The position numbers and the translations under genes are program-made. The notes below the pieces were generated by a model. That model worked only from the letters and a program-made list of their open reading frames with translations, did no database searches and had not been told where the DNA came from. A DNA stretch of 61,824 bases, taken from a virus (taxonomy: Duplodnaviria; Heunggongvirae; Uroviricota; Caudoviricetes). Where the stretch lies: the IMG/VR virus record IMGVR_UViG_3300046318_000589. The stretch is one strand, 5' to 3'. This document shows positions 10,156 to 19,596 of the stretch, one piece after another. Each line of letters begins with the position of its first letter. The stretch's first letter is position 1.

Positions 10156-10914
10156 TAACAAAATGAATAAAAAATCACTTTTTTTTCAATTATTTCATTC
10201 TAACAATATCAAAGACTTATTCAGATACATTACATAACGTCAAAAATAAGCGTTTTTAAACCCTATATATTTTTATATACAATCATATCAACTACATTAA
10301 AACATCGTTTAAAACAAGCTATTTTTTAAGTCATATTATCGTTAAAGAATGTTTATATATTATAGTTTTGGTTGAGTCACTGATTTTTTTGATTTTTTTA
10401 AGTAAGGAATTGACTAAAAAGTAAGGAATTTATAATTTTCTAATTACTTTATAAAGTACATAATTTTTACATAAATGACATGAATGTAATAGGGAGTAAA
10501 TCCTCAAAGAGGTTCTTAATGATTGAAAAGTGTCAAATATAAATGAATTATGTGTTTTATGATTGTTAAAAGACTTATAAATATGTTATAAATACCATAA
10601 GTAACCCCAAGGTTCATTAAGAATTTGAGATATTTCTTTTATATATGACGGGCAGGTTAAAAGATATGTATATAAGTTTAGCAACAAAAAAATCCACAAT
10701 CAAATTAATGAATGTGAATAAGAATATTTTTATATAAACCCTTTGATTTTAGTATCAGTTAGGGGTAAAAGTGTTTATAAATTCTTGTTTTTTCTGTATT
10801 TGTGTAAAAAATATCAATTCTATCACTGACATTATTTTTTAGATTGTTACTTATTAACAATTCAATTAAACTGACTTGCAAAAGAAATTCCTTTGAATTA
10901 ACGTCAATCATAGT

Positions 10915-11085
10915 TTAATATCCTAAAAAAGTTAATAATGTTTTAAAACAAGTAAAATTTACTTGTTTCTCTGTGACCTGTCCCGTGGATATATCCACGC
11001 AAATATCATTCATAATAACCGATTGATTATCATGTGATATAAAATTGTAGTGTTGTTTTGCGAATGAAATTTGATTGTTATTCAT
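10915..11085 (-). CDS. small hypothetical protein (56 aa, absent from ORF track)
   Basis: Hand translation MNNNQISFAKQH...; AAGGGGCTTAAAATG RBS; promoter at 11142-11170. Confidence 0.5.
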   Translation of the reverse strand: MNNNQISFAKQHYNFISHDNQSVIMNDICVDISTGQVTEKQVNFTCFKTLLTFLGY

Positions 11086-11141
11086 TTTAAGCCCCTTTTT
11101 GCTTGCTACATAAACACTTTGTAAATTCGTTTTACAAATTG

Positions 11142-11170
11142 ACTATATAATCCAAAGATTAACAAGTCAA
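11142..11170 (-). promoter_or_regulatory. sigma70-type promoter TTGACT-N17-TATAGT containing a TTAATCTT box
   Basis: Near-consensus hexamers, 17-nt spacer. Confidence 0.8.
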
Positions 11171-11205
11171 TTTTTATGAAAATAATTATTGACTTGTTTT
11201 TAAAA

Positions 11206-11403
11206 TTAATTCTGTCCAGTAACTAATTTATCACAAATTCTATTCATTAAACAATTCTTAACAAACAACTGTTCGTTGCGTATCGCTTCCCGTTCGTGGT
11301 ATCTATTACCACTACATCCGCTACATATATATACCATAACTAAAATTAAAATAATCGTTAATACATTCATCAGACCGCTAGCCTTTGATTTATTTATATT
11401 CAT
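11206..11403 (-). CDS. small putative lipoprotein
   Basis: Hydrophobic stretch then lipobox-like ICSG/C; GGAGG RBS. Confidence 0.55.
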   Translation of the reverse strand: MNINKSKASGLMNVLTIILILVMVYICSGCSGNRYHEREAIRNEQLFVKNCLMNRICDKLVTGQN

Positions 11404-11863
11404 AATGTAACCTCCATTTATTTGCTACATTTATAAATATACTACAAATATATTAAAAATGAATTAATAAATTAAAATAATTTTACACTATAATCCAGAT
11501 AATCCAGACACTGATCCGCCTTGTTTTACCGTTAATCAATACAGACATAAAAAATACGCTATTATAAGAGAGTTTCTTATCTGTGGTATCATTAATCAAA
11601 AAAATCTTTTACTGCCTTAAAAACATCATTTAAAAGAGAGGCAGATTGTAACAGTTATATTACAATATTGTGTATGTATGATTGAATTGTGTAAGTAATA
11701 ATTTTGTAATATTATGGTTGTAAAAGGCATATTGTGACAGTGTTTGTTAGGGGGTGTCATAAAAGAGGGGAACGGCTTAGCTAAATATATTCCTTTAATT
11801 AACCTCTCTTTAATAATAATCTATTTTATATAAGATATTCCTTATGAATTAACCTCTCTTTAA

Positions 11864-12193
11864 TTAAACATTCTTCTTGTAATATAATTCTTCGTGTAAT
11901 TTTGATATAAACACTGGTAATAGATAGCCATTTGTTTTTGTTATAATAGTTTTTGTTCTTTTATTGTAAATTTCTATATGGAATTGACGGAATTGTAGGG
12001 GGGATTTTCTAACGGATTTACAAAGTAAATTTGTAAAATTGTGGTCTGTGATGTATTTAAAGTTAAAAAGATTATTTGTATGTGTAATGTTATGTTTTAG
12101 ATTTTTATTAATTTTTGATATGAATGTTTTGAAGCCGTGCAATATATTGTCGATGTTTTCTACTTCTTCAAAGGTGTATAGATGATCAAACAT
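11864..12193 (-). CDS. hypothetical protein
   Basis: ORF track; AAGGATAACTTATCATG RBS. Confidence 0.55.
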   Translation of the reverse strand: MFDHLYTFEEVENIDNILHGFKTFISKINKNLKHNITHTNNLFNFKYITDHNFTNLLCKSVRKSPLQFRQFHIEIYNKRTKTIITKTNGYLLPVFISKLHEELYYKKNV

Positions 12194-12290
12194 GATAAGT
12201 TATCCTTTTATAAAATTGGCATAGGGTAGTACCCCCTATTTGAGGGTAAGTACCTATAATAAGGGGTAAAGTTCTATTTTGAAATATATA

Positions 12291-12980
12291 TTAAACAATA
12301 TGTTTCTTTATTAAATCTATGATTATGTTGGTTGCTTCGATTTTCCCAACATCTTTTAGATAATTTGATATTTCTGGTAGTTCTATTGGATTAAACTCTA
12401 AATATATTGTTTGTTCTTTCTTTAATTCTGGGTATAGTTCTGAGCAAAGCTCTCTTATTTCCTTGGTTACGTTTCTTTTATTGAATAATGCTAATGTTAA
12501 AGTTTTGTGTTGGGGTATTGCTGTCTTATCTTTTAGTGCTTCTATAACTTCGTTTATGATTTTGCAATGTTTATTGTAGATAATAAGTTCTAGGTAGCGT
12601 GGTGTAAATTCCTTAAACCATTTATCATATAATATATGGGTTAATATTTTCCCTTGTACTTCTTTGCTTATGTCTGCATATTTTAATATAAGGGAAACAA
12701 TATCCATATTTAGGCTGTAATGTGGTTTATAGTAAGGATGATCTTTTAAGAATGGGGTGGTGTCTAAGTCTTTTAGTAATCCTTGTTCTATGATGGATAT
12801 GATATGTTCTTGGTATATTTTGCTTCTGATACTTGTTAATCTATCGTTGATGTCTTTTATGGAATATATATCCACTTTATTGTCATGTTGTTTTTTAGCG
12901 TCAATAAATGCTTCGATAATTTTGGGGTCTATTTTGGATTGGTGTTCCTGTAATAGGGTTAGTATATGATTTGTTGTCAT
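12291..12980 (-). CDS. hypothetical helical protein
   Basis: 229-aa ORF. Confidence 0.6.
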   Translation of the reverse strand: MTTNHILTLLQEHQSKIDPKIIEAFIDAKKQHDNKVDIYSIKDINDRLTSIRSKIYQEHIISIIEQGLLKDLDTTPFLKDHPYYKPHYSLNMDIVSLILKYADISKEVQGKILTHILYDKWFKEFTPRYLELIIYNKHCKIINEVIEALKDKTAIPQHKTLTLALFNKRNVTKEIRELCSELYPELKKEQTIYLEFNPIELPEISNYLKDVGKIEATNIIIDLIKKHIV

Positions 12981-12983
12981 GGT

Positions 12984-13361
12984 TTATCTCTTATATAATA
13001 GGGTTGGTATAGTATCTTCCTCGTATCTATAGTGTCCGATATGATCTCCGACTTGTACGTCAAGGTATGGGTTAATCCATTGAAAGAATTTTTCTATTTC
13101 GTTATTGTAGGTTTTCATATTACAGAGGAATAGGATGTGGTAATTGTTTGTTATGGTATCATATATGAAATGACGCATTGAACTTGAGAAAGAGAAATAG
13201 TCTGATGAATATTTGCTGATGCTATCCCATCGTTCTGTTTGGAATAGGGGGTGGTCTGGTAAGGTTGATGGTCTGTTCCCCCAATCAAAGAGGTGTTGTA
13301 ATACTGATAGAGCATCATCTGGTATATCTTTTTTAATTCTCGTTGATATGTATATTCCCAT
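12984..13361 (-). CDS. conserved phage hypothetical protein
   Basis: LPDHPLF.T.RW...K.Y..EIE.F..WI.PY...G..RYEE motif recognised from phage unknowns. Confidence 0.65.
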   Translation of the reverse strand: MGIYISTRIKKDIPDDALSVLQHLFDWGNRPSTLPDHPLFQTERWDSISKYSSDYFSFSSSMRHFIYDTITNNYHILFLCNMKTYNNEIEKFFQWINPYLDVQVGDHIGHYRYEEDTIPTLLYKR

Positions 13362-13378
13362 GGGGTTTCCTTTCTTGG

Positions 13379-13735
13379 TTAATAGTTTGGAAAAATATAT
13401 TCAATAACCTTTAAAAATTCTTCAGCATGAAGGGGTGTCATTTTCATAATTTTATCTTGGGGGAGTTTTAATATATAAGTATTACCCGATATTCTATTAT
13501 TGACTACAAATTCAATCTTATTAATGTCGTTAAAGACGGGGTTGTTTTCTTTGTCTTTTGACGGGGGATGATATATAGCTAAAATATCACCAAAACACAC
13601 TCCTTCATTTCTAAGGTAATATATATAATCACCCACTTCAAAAGTGTCATTATTTGTATTCTCTTGTATTGCATTGTCTTGGTACGTTACAATAACATTA
13701 CTGTCTTTAATTTGAACGTTTTTTATTTTTAACAT
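13379..13735 (-). CDS. hypothetical protein
   Basis: ORF track; AAAGGAAATGTCATG. Confidence 0.55.
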   Translation of the reverse strand: MLKIKNVQIKDSNVIVTYQDNAIQENTNNDTFEVGDYIYYLRNEGVCFGDILAIYHPPSKDKENNPVFNDINKIEFVVNNRISGNTYILKLPQDKIMKMTPLHAEEFLKVIEYIFPNY

Positions 13736-14694
13736 GACATTTCCTTTATGTATTGGGGATGGTTATTAAGTTGGTAGATGAGGCGTTAAAATATTCTATT
13801 AGTTGTTCGTACATCTGTAAGTTTTCTCCTTTGACAAAACGGAGTATGGTTTCCACGTTGATGTACCTATCATTTAGGGTGTCTGGAATTTCGCTAATAT
13901 ATATGCGTCTTGATTCATTCAGCATCTTTCTACGACTTTCCTCTAGCATATCATATATTCTTTTCTGTTCGTCAATATGGGCTTGTTGTTCATTATCCAT
14001 GCGTTTTTTGAAGTCTTTGCAGTTGTATGTATATTTACAAGGGTTTTCTACATGGGTGTGGCACGTTCCACATAATATTGTCATATTTTTGTCTCCTTAA
14101 ATCTTATTCTGAATTGTTTCATAAATTCCGTTAATTCTTCCATGGATTGTTTTAGTTCCAACAATTCTACCGCTTCTTCCCCTGTTAATTCATCATCTAT
14201 CATTTGTAATTTACTTCTGTAATTTTTTAGAAATTTCTCTAATTTTTTCCTCAAGGTCTCTTCGTATCGTCCCCATTTGTGATTGCAAACTGCGTTCAAA
14301 AGAACATATAGTGCTACTTAAACTTAACCTCCCAATTTCCTGACGGACAATACACTCTATCTTTCTTTCTAACTCAGCCTCAAATTCAGCACTTGTCAAA
14401 TCGAGTGGTGGCAAATGTTTTCTTTTAAACCATTTAAACATTTTTTAAATCCTTTGGTAAAATTGATTCATAAAGTGCAAAATGGGTTACTTTGTGATAA
14501 TACATTCCAAAAGTAATTTCACAATCTGAATAACAATATGAAACATCTATTGGCTTTACTATGTCAAAATACTCTGTGAAAAAAATATAATCATAAATTT
14601 TATCTCTTGAAAATTCACCTTTTTCAAATAAATATTTTTCGATATTTTCTTTTGTCGTCTCAATCCAATTAATCATTTAATACATTCCTATAAT

Positions 14695-15153
14695 TTACTC
14701 TATTCCATAACATTTAAATATTGGGGGAGCGTACTTATCTTCAATGATTGGTTCAACATAATAATCACCCTCTTTAATACACTCTTCCCACTCATTGATA
14801 TTAACATGGAAACTTAAATCGAGATAGTTACAATAGTATGTTGACCAATGTAATTGCCCATCATTGGTTTCGTGTTCTCTATATCCCAACTTATATTCAA
14901 TGTCATTACCTCTTAGTATTTGTTCGACTTCTTCGAAGGAAGATGTTTCCTTTAGTGTATTTTCCAATTCAAATTTATATTCTTTATTGGGGAGATGATT
15001 GTTTTGATTAATTATAGTGTCATTCTTTTTTTGTTGTAATTCCACTAACTCATCAAGAAGCTTGTTGATGCTTTCGTTAGTATGATATATCGTGTTTGAT
15101 AGACGCACATACTCTAAAGAACTTTTTAACTTGTCTTTATCTATTTTTATCAT
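14695..15153 (-). CDS. hypothetical protein
   Basis: ORF track; start overlaps the stop of the upstream small gene. Confidence 0.55.
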   Translation of the reverse strand: MIKIDKDKLKSSLEYVRLSNTIYHTNESINKLLDELVELQQKKNDTIINQNNHLPNKEYKFELENTLKETSSFEEVEQILRGNDIEYKLGYREHETNDGQLHWSTYYCNYLDLSFHVNINEWEECIKEGDYYVEPIIEDKYAPPIFKCYGIE

Positions 15154-15329
15154 AAATCATCCTCATTATCAATTTTTACGCATGATGTTTTAATACGATT
15201 AAGATACATAACCATATCATCTATGCTTTTCTTAACAACTTCGCAGTTATTTAAAGTTTTAAATTCTTTAAATGTTATTTTGTGATTGCCTGTCATAGCA
15301 ATAACAATCAATAAATATTTAAACATCAT
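15150..15329 (-). CDS. small membrane/secreted protein, paralogue B (absent from ORF track)
   Basis: Hand translation MMFKYLLIVIAMTG...TSCVKIDNEDDL; ATGA overlaps on both sides. Confidence 0.65.
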   Translation of the reverse strand: MMFKYLLIVIAMTGNHKITFKEFKTLNNCEVVKKSIDDMVMYLNRIKTSCVKIDNEDDL

Positions 15330-15511
15330 TTTAGATCATCCTCGTTATCAAGTTTTACACATGACGCTTTAGTGGTAGTAAAAAAACCTCCCATCTCTTC
15401 AACTTTTTCTTTCACCATCACACACTGACCCAAGGTTTCAAATTTTTCAAGAGTTAATTTTTCACCCTCATTACCTGAAAGCATAACAATCAATAAATAT
15501 TTAAACATCAT
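15326..15511 (-). CDS. small membrane/secreted protein, paralogue A
   Basis: MMFKYLLIVMLSG...ASCVKLDNEDDLK. Confidence 0.65.
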   Translation of the reverse strand: MMFKYLLIVMLSGNEGEKLTLEKFETLGQCVMVKEKVEEMGGFFTTTKASCVKLDNEDDLK

Positions 15512-16004
15512 TTTTAGAATCCTTTCTTGTGAACCATATTTTACTTGTGCCGTTGTGGTCGATTTGATGATTTAATTGTAAATCAGTTATTTTACAATTT
15601 TCCTGTTCTGCCATGTTATGTGCCATTAAAGCTTGTAATTCATTTAGAATTTTATGCAAGAGATTGTTTGTATCGCTTTGGTGCATATATTATTTCCGCC
15701 TATCAGCTAAGGTTTTAACAATGCAAAGTACTACGAATGGTATCCCTACTATTAACAACACGCCAACCGTCCGCATCTACGTCTTGTTGTGGTTCAGGAA
15801 CAGAATTTGCTATCTCAAATAATTTTTCAATTAATAAACTTAGTTTTACAAATTTTGTATCGTTATGTTCAGTGCCATATATACATTCATGGTTTTCATC
15901 TAGCCATACAATCAATTTATCTAACGCATCAGCGTCAATTATTCGTTTTCTCATTTTGTTTTCTCCTTTGTTTAAATTTATGTTATATAGTTACAAATTG
16001 CTGT

Positions 16005-16160
16005 GAATTTCTATGAAATTCGGCAATCTGCTTTGTGTCGAGGAACTATACGTTCCTCGTTGTAAAGTGTTGATTTCATTTTACAAGAATAAAGTAATAG
16101 CATAGTCCACCCCTCTGGGTGGGGCTATATTACTTTATTCACTGAATAATCCCAGTAACC
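16005..16160. ncRNA. candidate structured RNA (consecutive hairpins)
   Basis: Hairpins at 16005-16021, 16039-16059, 16060-16086, 16087-16140 and ~16152-16164 in an intergenic gap. Confidence 0.45.
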
Positions 16161-16173
16161 TACTGACAAACAC

Positions 16174-16202
16174 ATAGTATAATAATAGTTAATAGTTGTC
16201 AA
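16174..16202 (-). promoter_or_regulatory. sigma70 promoter TTGACA-N17-TACTAT
   Basis: Consensus -35, 17-nt spacer, intergenic. Confidence 0.75.
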
Positions 16203-16568
16203 GTAAAACTTCATAGATTCTTTTTTATTTTTCATAATAAAATAGGAAGTTATATTATACATAGTTCATATTAGCTAGTAAATGACATAAGGCTTTGTAT
16301 TTTTCAGATATTTTATATATTTGAACGTGATGAGTATTACCCCTCAATCGTATTTTTAAATGGGAATCTTTATATCCACTTTCACAAGAAATATGAATAT
16401 ATTTATTATATTTTTTAGCTAGTTCAAAAGATTCTTCTCTAAAATTATCATTTCTGTACCCATTCCCATTTTCAATAAACCAATTAAAAATTTGATCAAA
16501 ATCTTTATAAAATTCCATTATTATTTGATGTAATGGATTACTTATTAATATATTTTTAACAGATGTTT

Positions 16569-17327
16569 TCATTTTGTTTCTCCGATTGGTAATTTTGCTA
16601 AAGGTCGCCATGCAACCTCTTCGTATTCGTCTAAGCTAACACATTTAAAACAATTATTATTTATGATGTTATCTGTTTTAAATCCACTCCAAAGCTCGTG
16701 TTTATTTGGTAGAGAATGAGACCTCCAATAATCCTCTTTTGGATTTTTATAACAATCATACATTATAAAAAAATCATCTGAATTATAATTTTTAAGTAAT
16801 AAATGACACCCTTTTTTAGGTGCTTTATCCATATCCCAACACCAACTGTCAGAATCAAAAATGCTTTTCCCCGATTGGTTTTTTTTGCGTTTAATATAAT
16901 CACGCAATAGTAATTTAAACTCATCATCAAACTGTTCTAAATATAATTCAGGAAAATCTGAACTATCTTCAAAAACACCTGCAGGGGGTTCATAGTCATG
17001 TCCTGCGTTCCATTCGTCACGTTTTTTCTCTGCTTCTTCTTTTGTCATTCCATAACCAAAAAGAACACTACACTGAAAACTTACATGATATGTTTTTTCA
17101 GGCTTATAATAATTCTCTAAAATATATTCTATCTCAGGGATTTCTTCAAAAGTAATTTCATGTGGTTCAGGTACAGTTTTCGCTAGTTTGTTAATCGTAT
17201 TTATCACAAATCTAACACAAATCTTTTCACCTGAGAAGAATTTTTTACAGTCTTCATCAATTATAACTTCCAACAAATAGTCCACATCGTCAATTATTCT
17301 TCTTTGTTTTGTCATTTTGTTTGTCAT
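16569..17327 (-). CDS. mosaic hypothetical protein
   Basis: N-terminal RRIIDDVD...VPEP module shared with 15715-15954. Confidence 0.6.
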   Translation of the reverse strand: MTNKMTKQRRIIDDVDYLLEVIIDEDCKKFFSGEKICVRFVINTINKLAKTVPEPHEITFEEIPEIEYILENYYKPEKTYHVSFQCSVLFGYGMTKEEAEKKRDEWNAGHDYEPPAGVFEDSSDFPELYLEQFDDEFKLLLRDYIKRKKNQSGKSIFDSDSWCWDMDKAPKKGCHLLLKNYNSDDFFIMYDCYKNPKEDYWRSHSLPNKHELWSGFKTDNIINNNCFKCVSLDEYEEVAWRPLAKLPIGETK

Positions 17328-17354
17328 GTTATACCCCTTTAATTTCGATAGTTT

Positions 17355-17383
17355 TTTATAACATAAAATAAATTCTTTGTAAA
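17355..17383 (-). promoter_or_regulatory. class II promoter TTTACA-N17-(TGT)TATAAA
   Basis: Same pattern at 22418-22446, 27096-27124, 57132-57160 and 58236-58264. Confidence 0.65.
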
Positions 17384-17395
17384 GATGTTTTTATG

Positions 17396-17689
17396 TTATT
17401 CTGCTGTTTTGGTATTAATTTTTGGATTTGGGTGTAATACCGCATAACCCAATGTTGCCAATACTGCTCCTGTCGTTTCCGCTAGTCTATTAGGCGGAGT
17501 ATGTATTGATGAAACCTTATGCACATTTGGTACTTTAGGTTTTGGTAAGGATGGTTTGGGGCTATGAGCCTTGGAGTAATGTAATCTAAGTTTAGAGCCT
17601 GTACGTTTACCCCTTACTCTTGCGTCAACATCAGTTAATTGAGACAATAAAAATGCTGCAATTAATATTATTGTTAAAATTCTTATCAT
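17396..17689 (-). CDS. secreted basic protein
   Basis: Signal peptide ending VDA, followed by an R/K/P-rich mature part. Confidence 0.6.
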   Translation of the reverse strand: MIRILTIILIAAFLLSQLTDVDARVRGKRTGSKLRLHYSKAHSPKPSLPKPKVPNVHKVSSIHTPPNRLAETTGAVLATLGYAVLHPNPKINTKTAE

Positions 17690-17695
17690 AAAAAC

Positions 17696-18088
17696 CTACT
17701 CAATGTCAATATAAAAACAAGTCTTGCTTTTTGTCTTTTCGATAACAATAGAGCTGAAAGAATTAACTTTATTTGTACTTATCAATTTAACCATCCCCCA
17801 TATAAAACCCCATGCTAATAACATGCCATCAATAAATAAAGTAGCACCATAATCATCATGCCATTTATAATCGTAGAAGAAATACATAAATGTTAGGTAA
17901 TTATAATATATCCCCCATCCTATAAAAAACAATACTGCAGATAATAATAGAGCAACGAGTGTGAATAACCCAATGGTCTCTAAAACACCTCTTATATAGT
18001 GACACACGTCAATTTTAGTTTGACTATCTGCACAATAAGATTGCCTATATAGCCAATAATGCCATGATTTTCTACTTATTTTTGTCAT
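17696..18088 (-). CDS. membrane protein
   Basis: Two hydrophobic segments. Confidence 0.6.
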   Translation of the reverse strand: MTKISRKSWHYWLYRQSYCADSQTKIDVCHYIRGVLETIGLFTLVALLLSAVLFFIGWGIYYNYLTFMYFFYDYKWHDDYGATLFIDGMLLAWGFIWGMVKLISTNKVNSFSSIVIEKTKSKTCFYIDIE

Positions 18089-18378
18089 AATTTTTCCTTA
18101 AGTAATTTTTTGTAAAAAGTTGTTAAGACGCTATCATCCATTGATTTTATCCTTGTATATATTTTGTATATCATAAAATAATTCCCTCGCTAAATCCTCT
18201 TTACTGATATGTTTTTCCTTTAACGTCATTAAGGAAAACATTTTTTTGGGATAGTCGTCTTTTTCCCCATCTACATTACTATAGTTCGCATTATTTATAT
18301 ATTGTTCTAATCCAATAAACTGACATAAATCCATTATTTTGTGGATTTGTTCCTGACTAATAGTTATAAAAAAATTAC

Positions 18379-18936
18379 TCATATTACATCCTTTTCTGCT
18401 CGCTCTTCATAATATATCATTGTTGCTATAATTTCATAAAAATCATATCTAAACTCTATGTCAAAATTAACGTTATAATCATTACAAATTGATTTAAACT
18501 TATTGACCATATCCGTTATTATGTTTTTAAAAACATAATCCAACATATCATCTTTTAAAAACATCTGTATTTGTCTGCGATCAATCGAATGATGTAATTT
18601 ATATATTTGTTTATGGAGGGGTGTCGTGTAAACATAATTATTTATAGCGACATCAATACTCATAGGGCATAATTTATTTTTATGAGATAGAACTTCTCGG
18701 TATTTAATATCAGCAAAATTACTACTTGTGTAAGGGGTTAGACCATGAAGTCCTAAATTCTTTGCCACTTCTTGAAATTTTAAGATGATAGGGTCGTTTT
18801 TAGACTTTAGTTTTACATGAGCAAATCTTGCACTATAGTCATGTACATTTATCCAACGTACTTTCTTCAGTACGTTACAACGTTTCCAATAATAGTAAAG
18901 CTTGAATTGTCGTTTATCTTTAAATCTTTTTTTCAT
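18379..18936 (-). CDS. hypothetical protein
   Basis: 185-aa ORF. Confidence 0.55.
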   Translation of the reverse strand: MKKRFKDKRQFKLYYYWKRCNVLKKVRWINVHDYSARFAHVKLKSKNDPIILKFQEVAKNLGLHGLTPYTSSNFADIKYREVLSHKNKLCPMSIDVAINNYVYTTPLHKQIYKLHHSIDRRQIQMFLKDDMLDYVFKNIITDMVNKFKSICNDYNVNFDIEFRYDFYEIIATMIYYEERAEKDVI

Positions 18937-19596
18937 AATACCCTACATAACATAAAAATAAACCAATGCAACTATCCCTAAAGATAGTACAAAATTAGTA
19001 ATTTCGTATATTTTTACTGCTTTAAGGAGATTTTCTTTTTCCTCTTCAAGTAAAACATTATTTCTCTTTAAATCTGAATTTGTAGAAATGATGTCATTAA
19101 TCATCAATTCTTTATTGTGTAACCAAGATGGGTTTACTGAATGAACGCCTTTGTTGTCAATATATGCTATTTTCTCAACCTTATTTATTTTACCCATGAT
19201 AATATCTTTCCCAATGCTGTTTGATGTCTTTGTTTAGTATTTTCAATGCTCTTGTCAATCACTTCTTCGATTGTAGGCATTTTAAAAGTTTTTATATAGT
19301 TACATAAATAATTAAACTCGTCCTTTTCTAAATTCTTTGTAAGAGTAATGATGGAATGTTCTCTTTTTTGCGTTACTGTTTTAACATTTTTAGAAAAAGA
19401 TTCTTGCATATCTTTATCAAATTCCTCATCAGTTTTACCTTTTGCCTCATCAATCAGATTGTATAGTTTATTGATTTGGTCTTGTATGAAAATATAATCT
19501 TCATTATCTTGTTGCCAATTATAAGCATTCTGTAAACAATGATATGTCGATAGCTGGTCTTGCCACATAAAAATATAATCCATAACTTTAGACATA

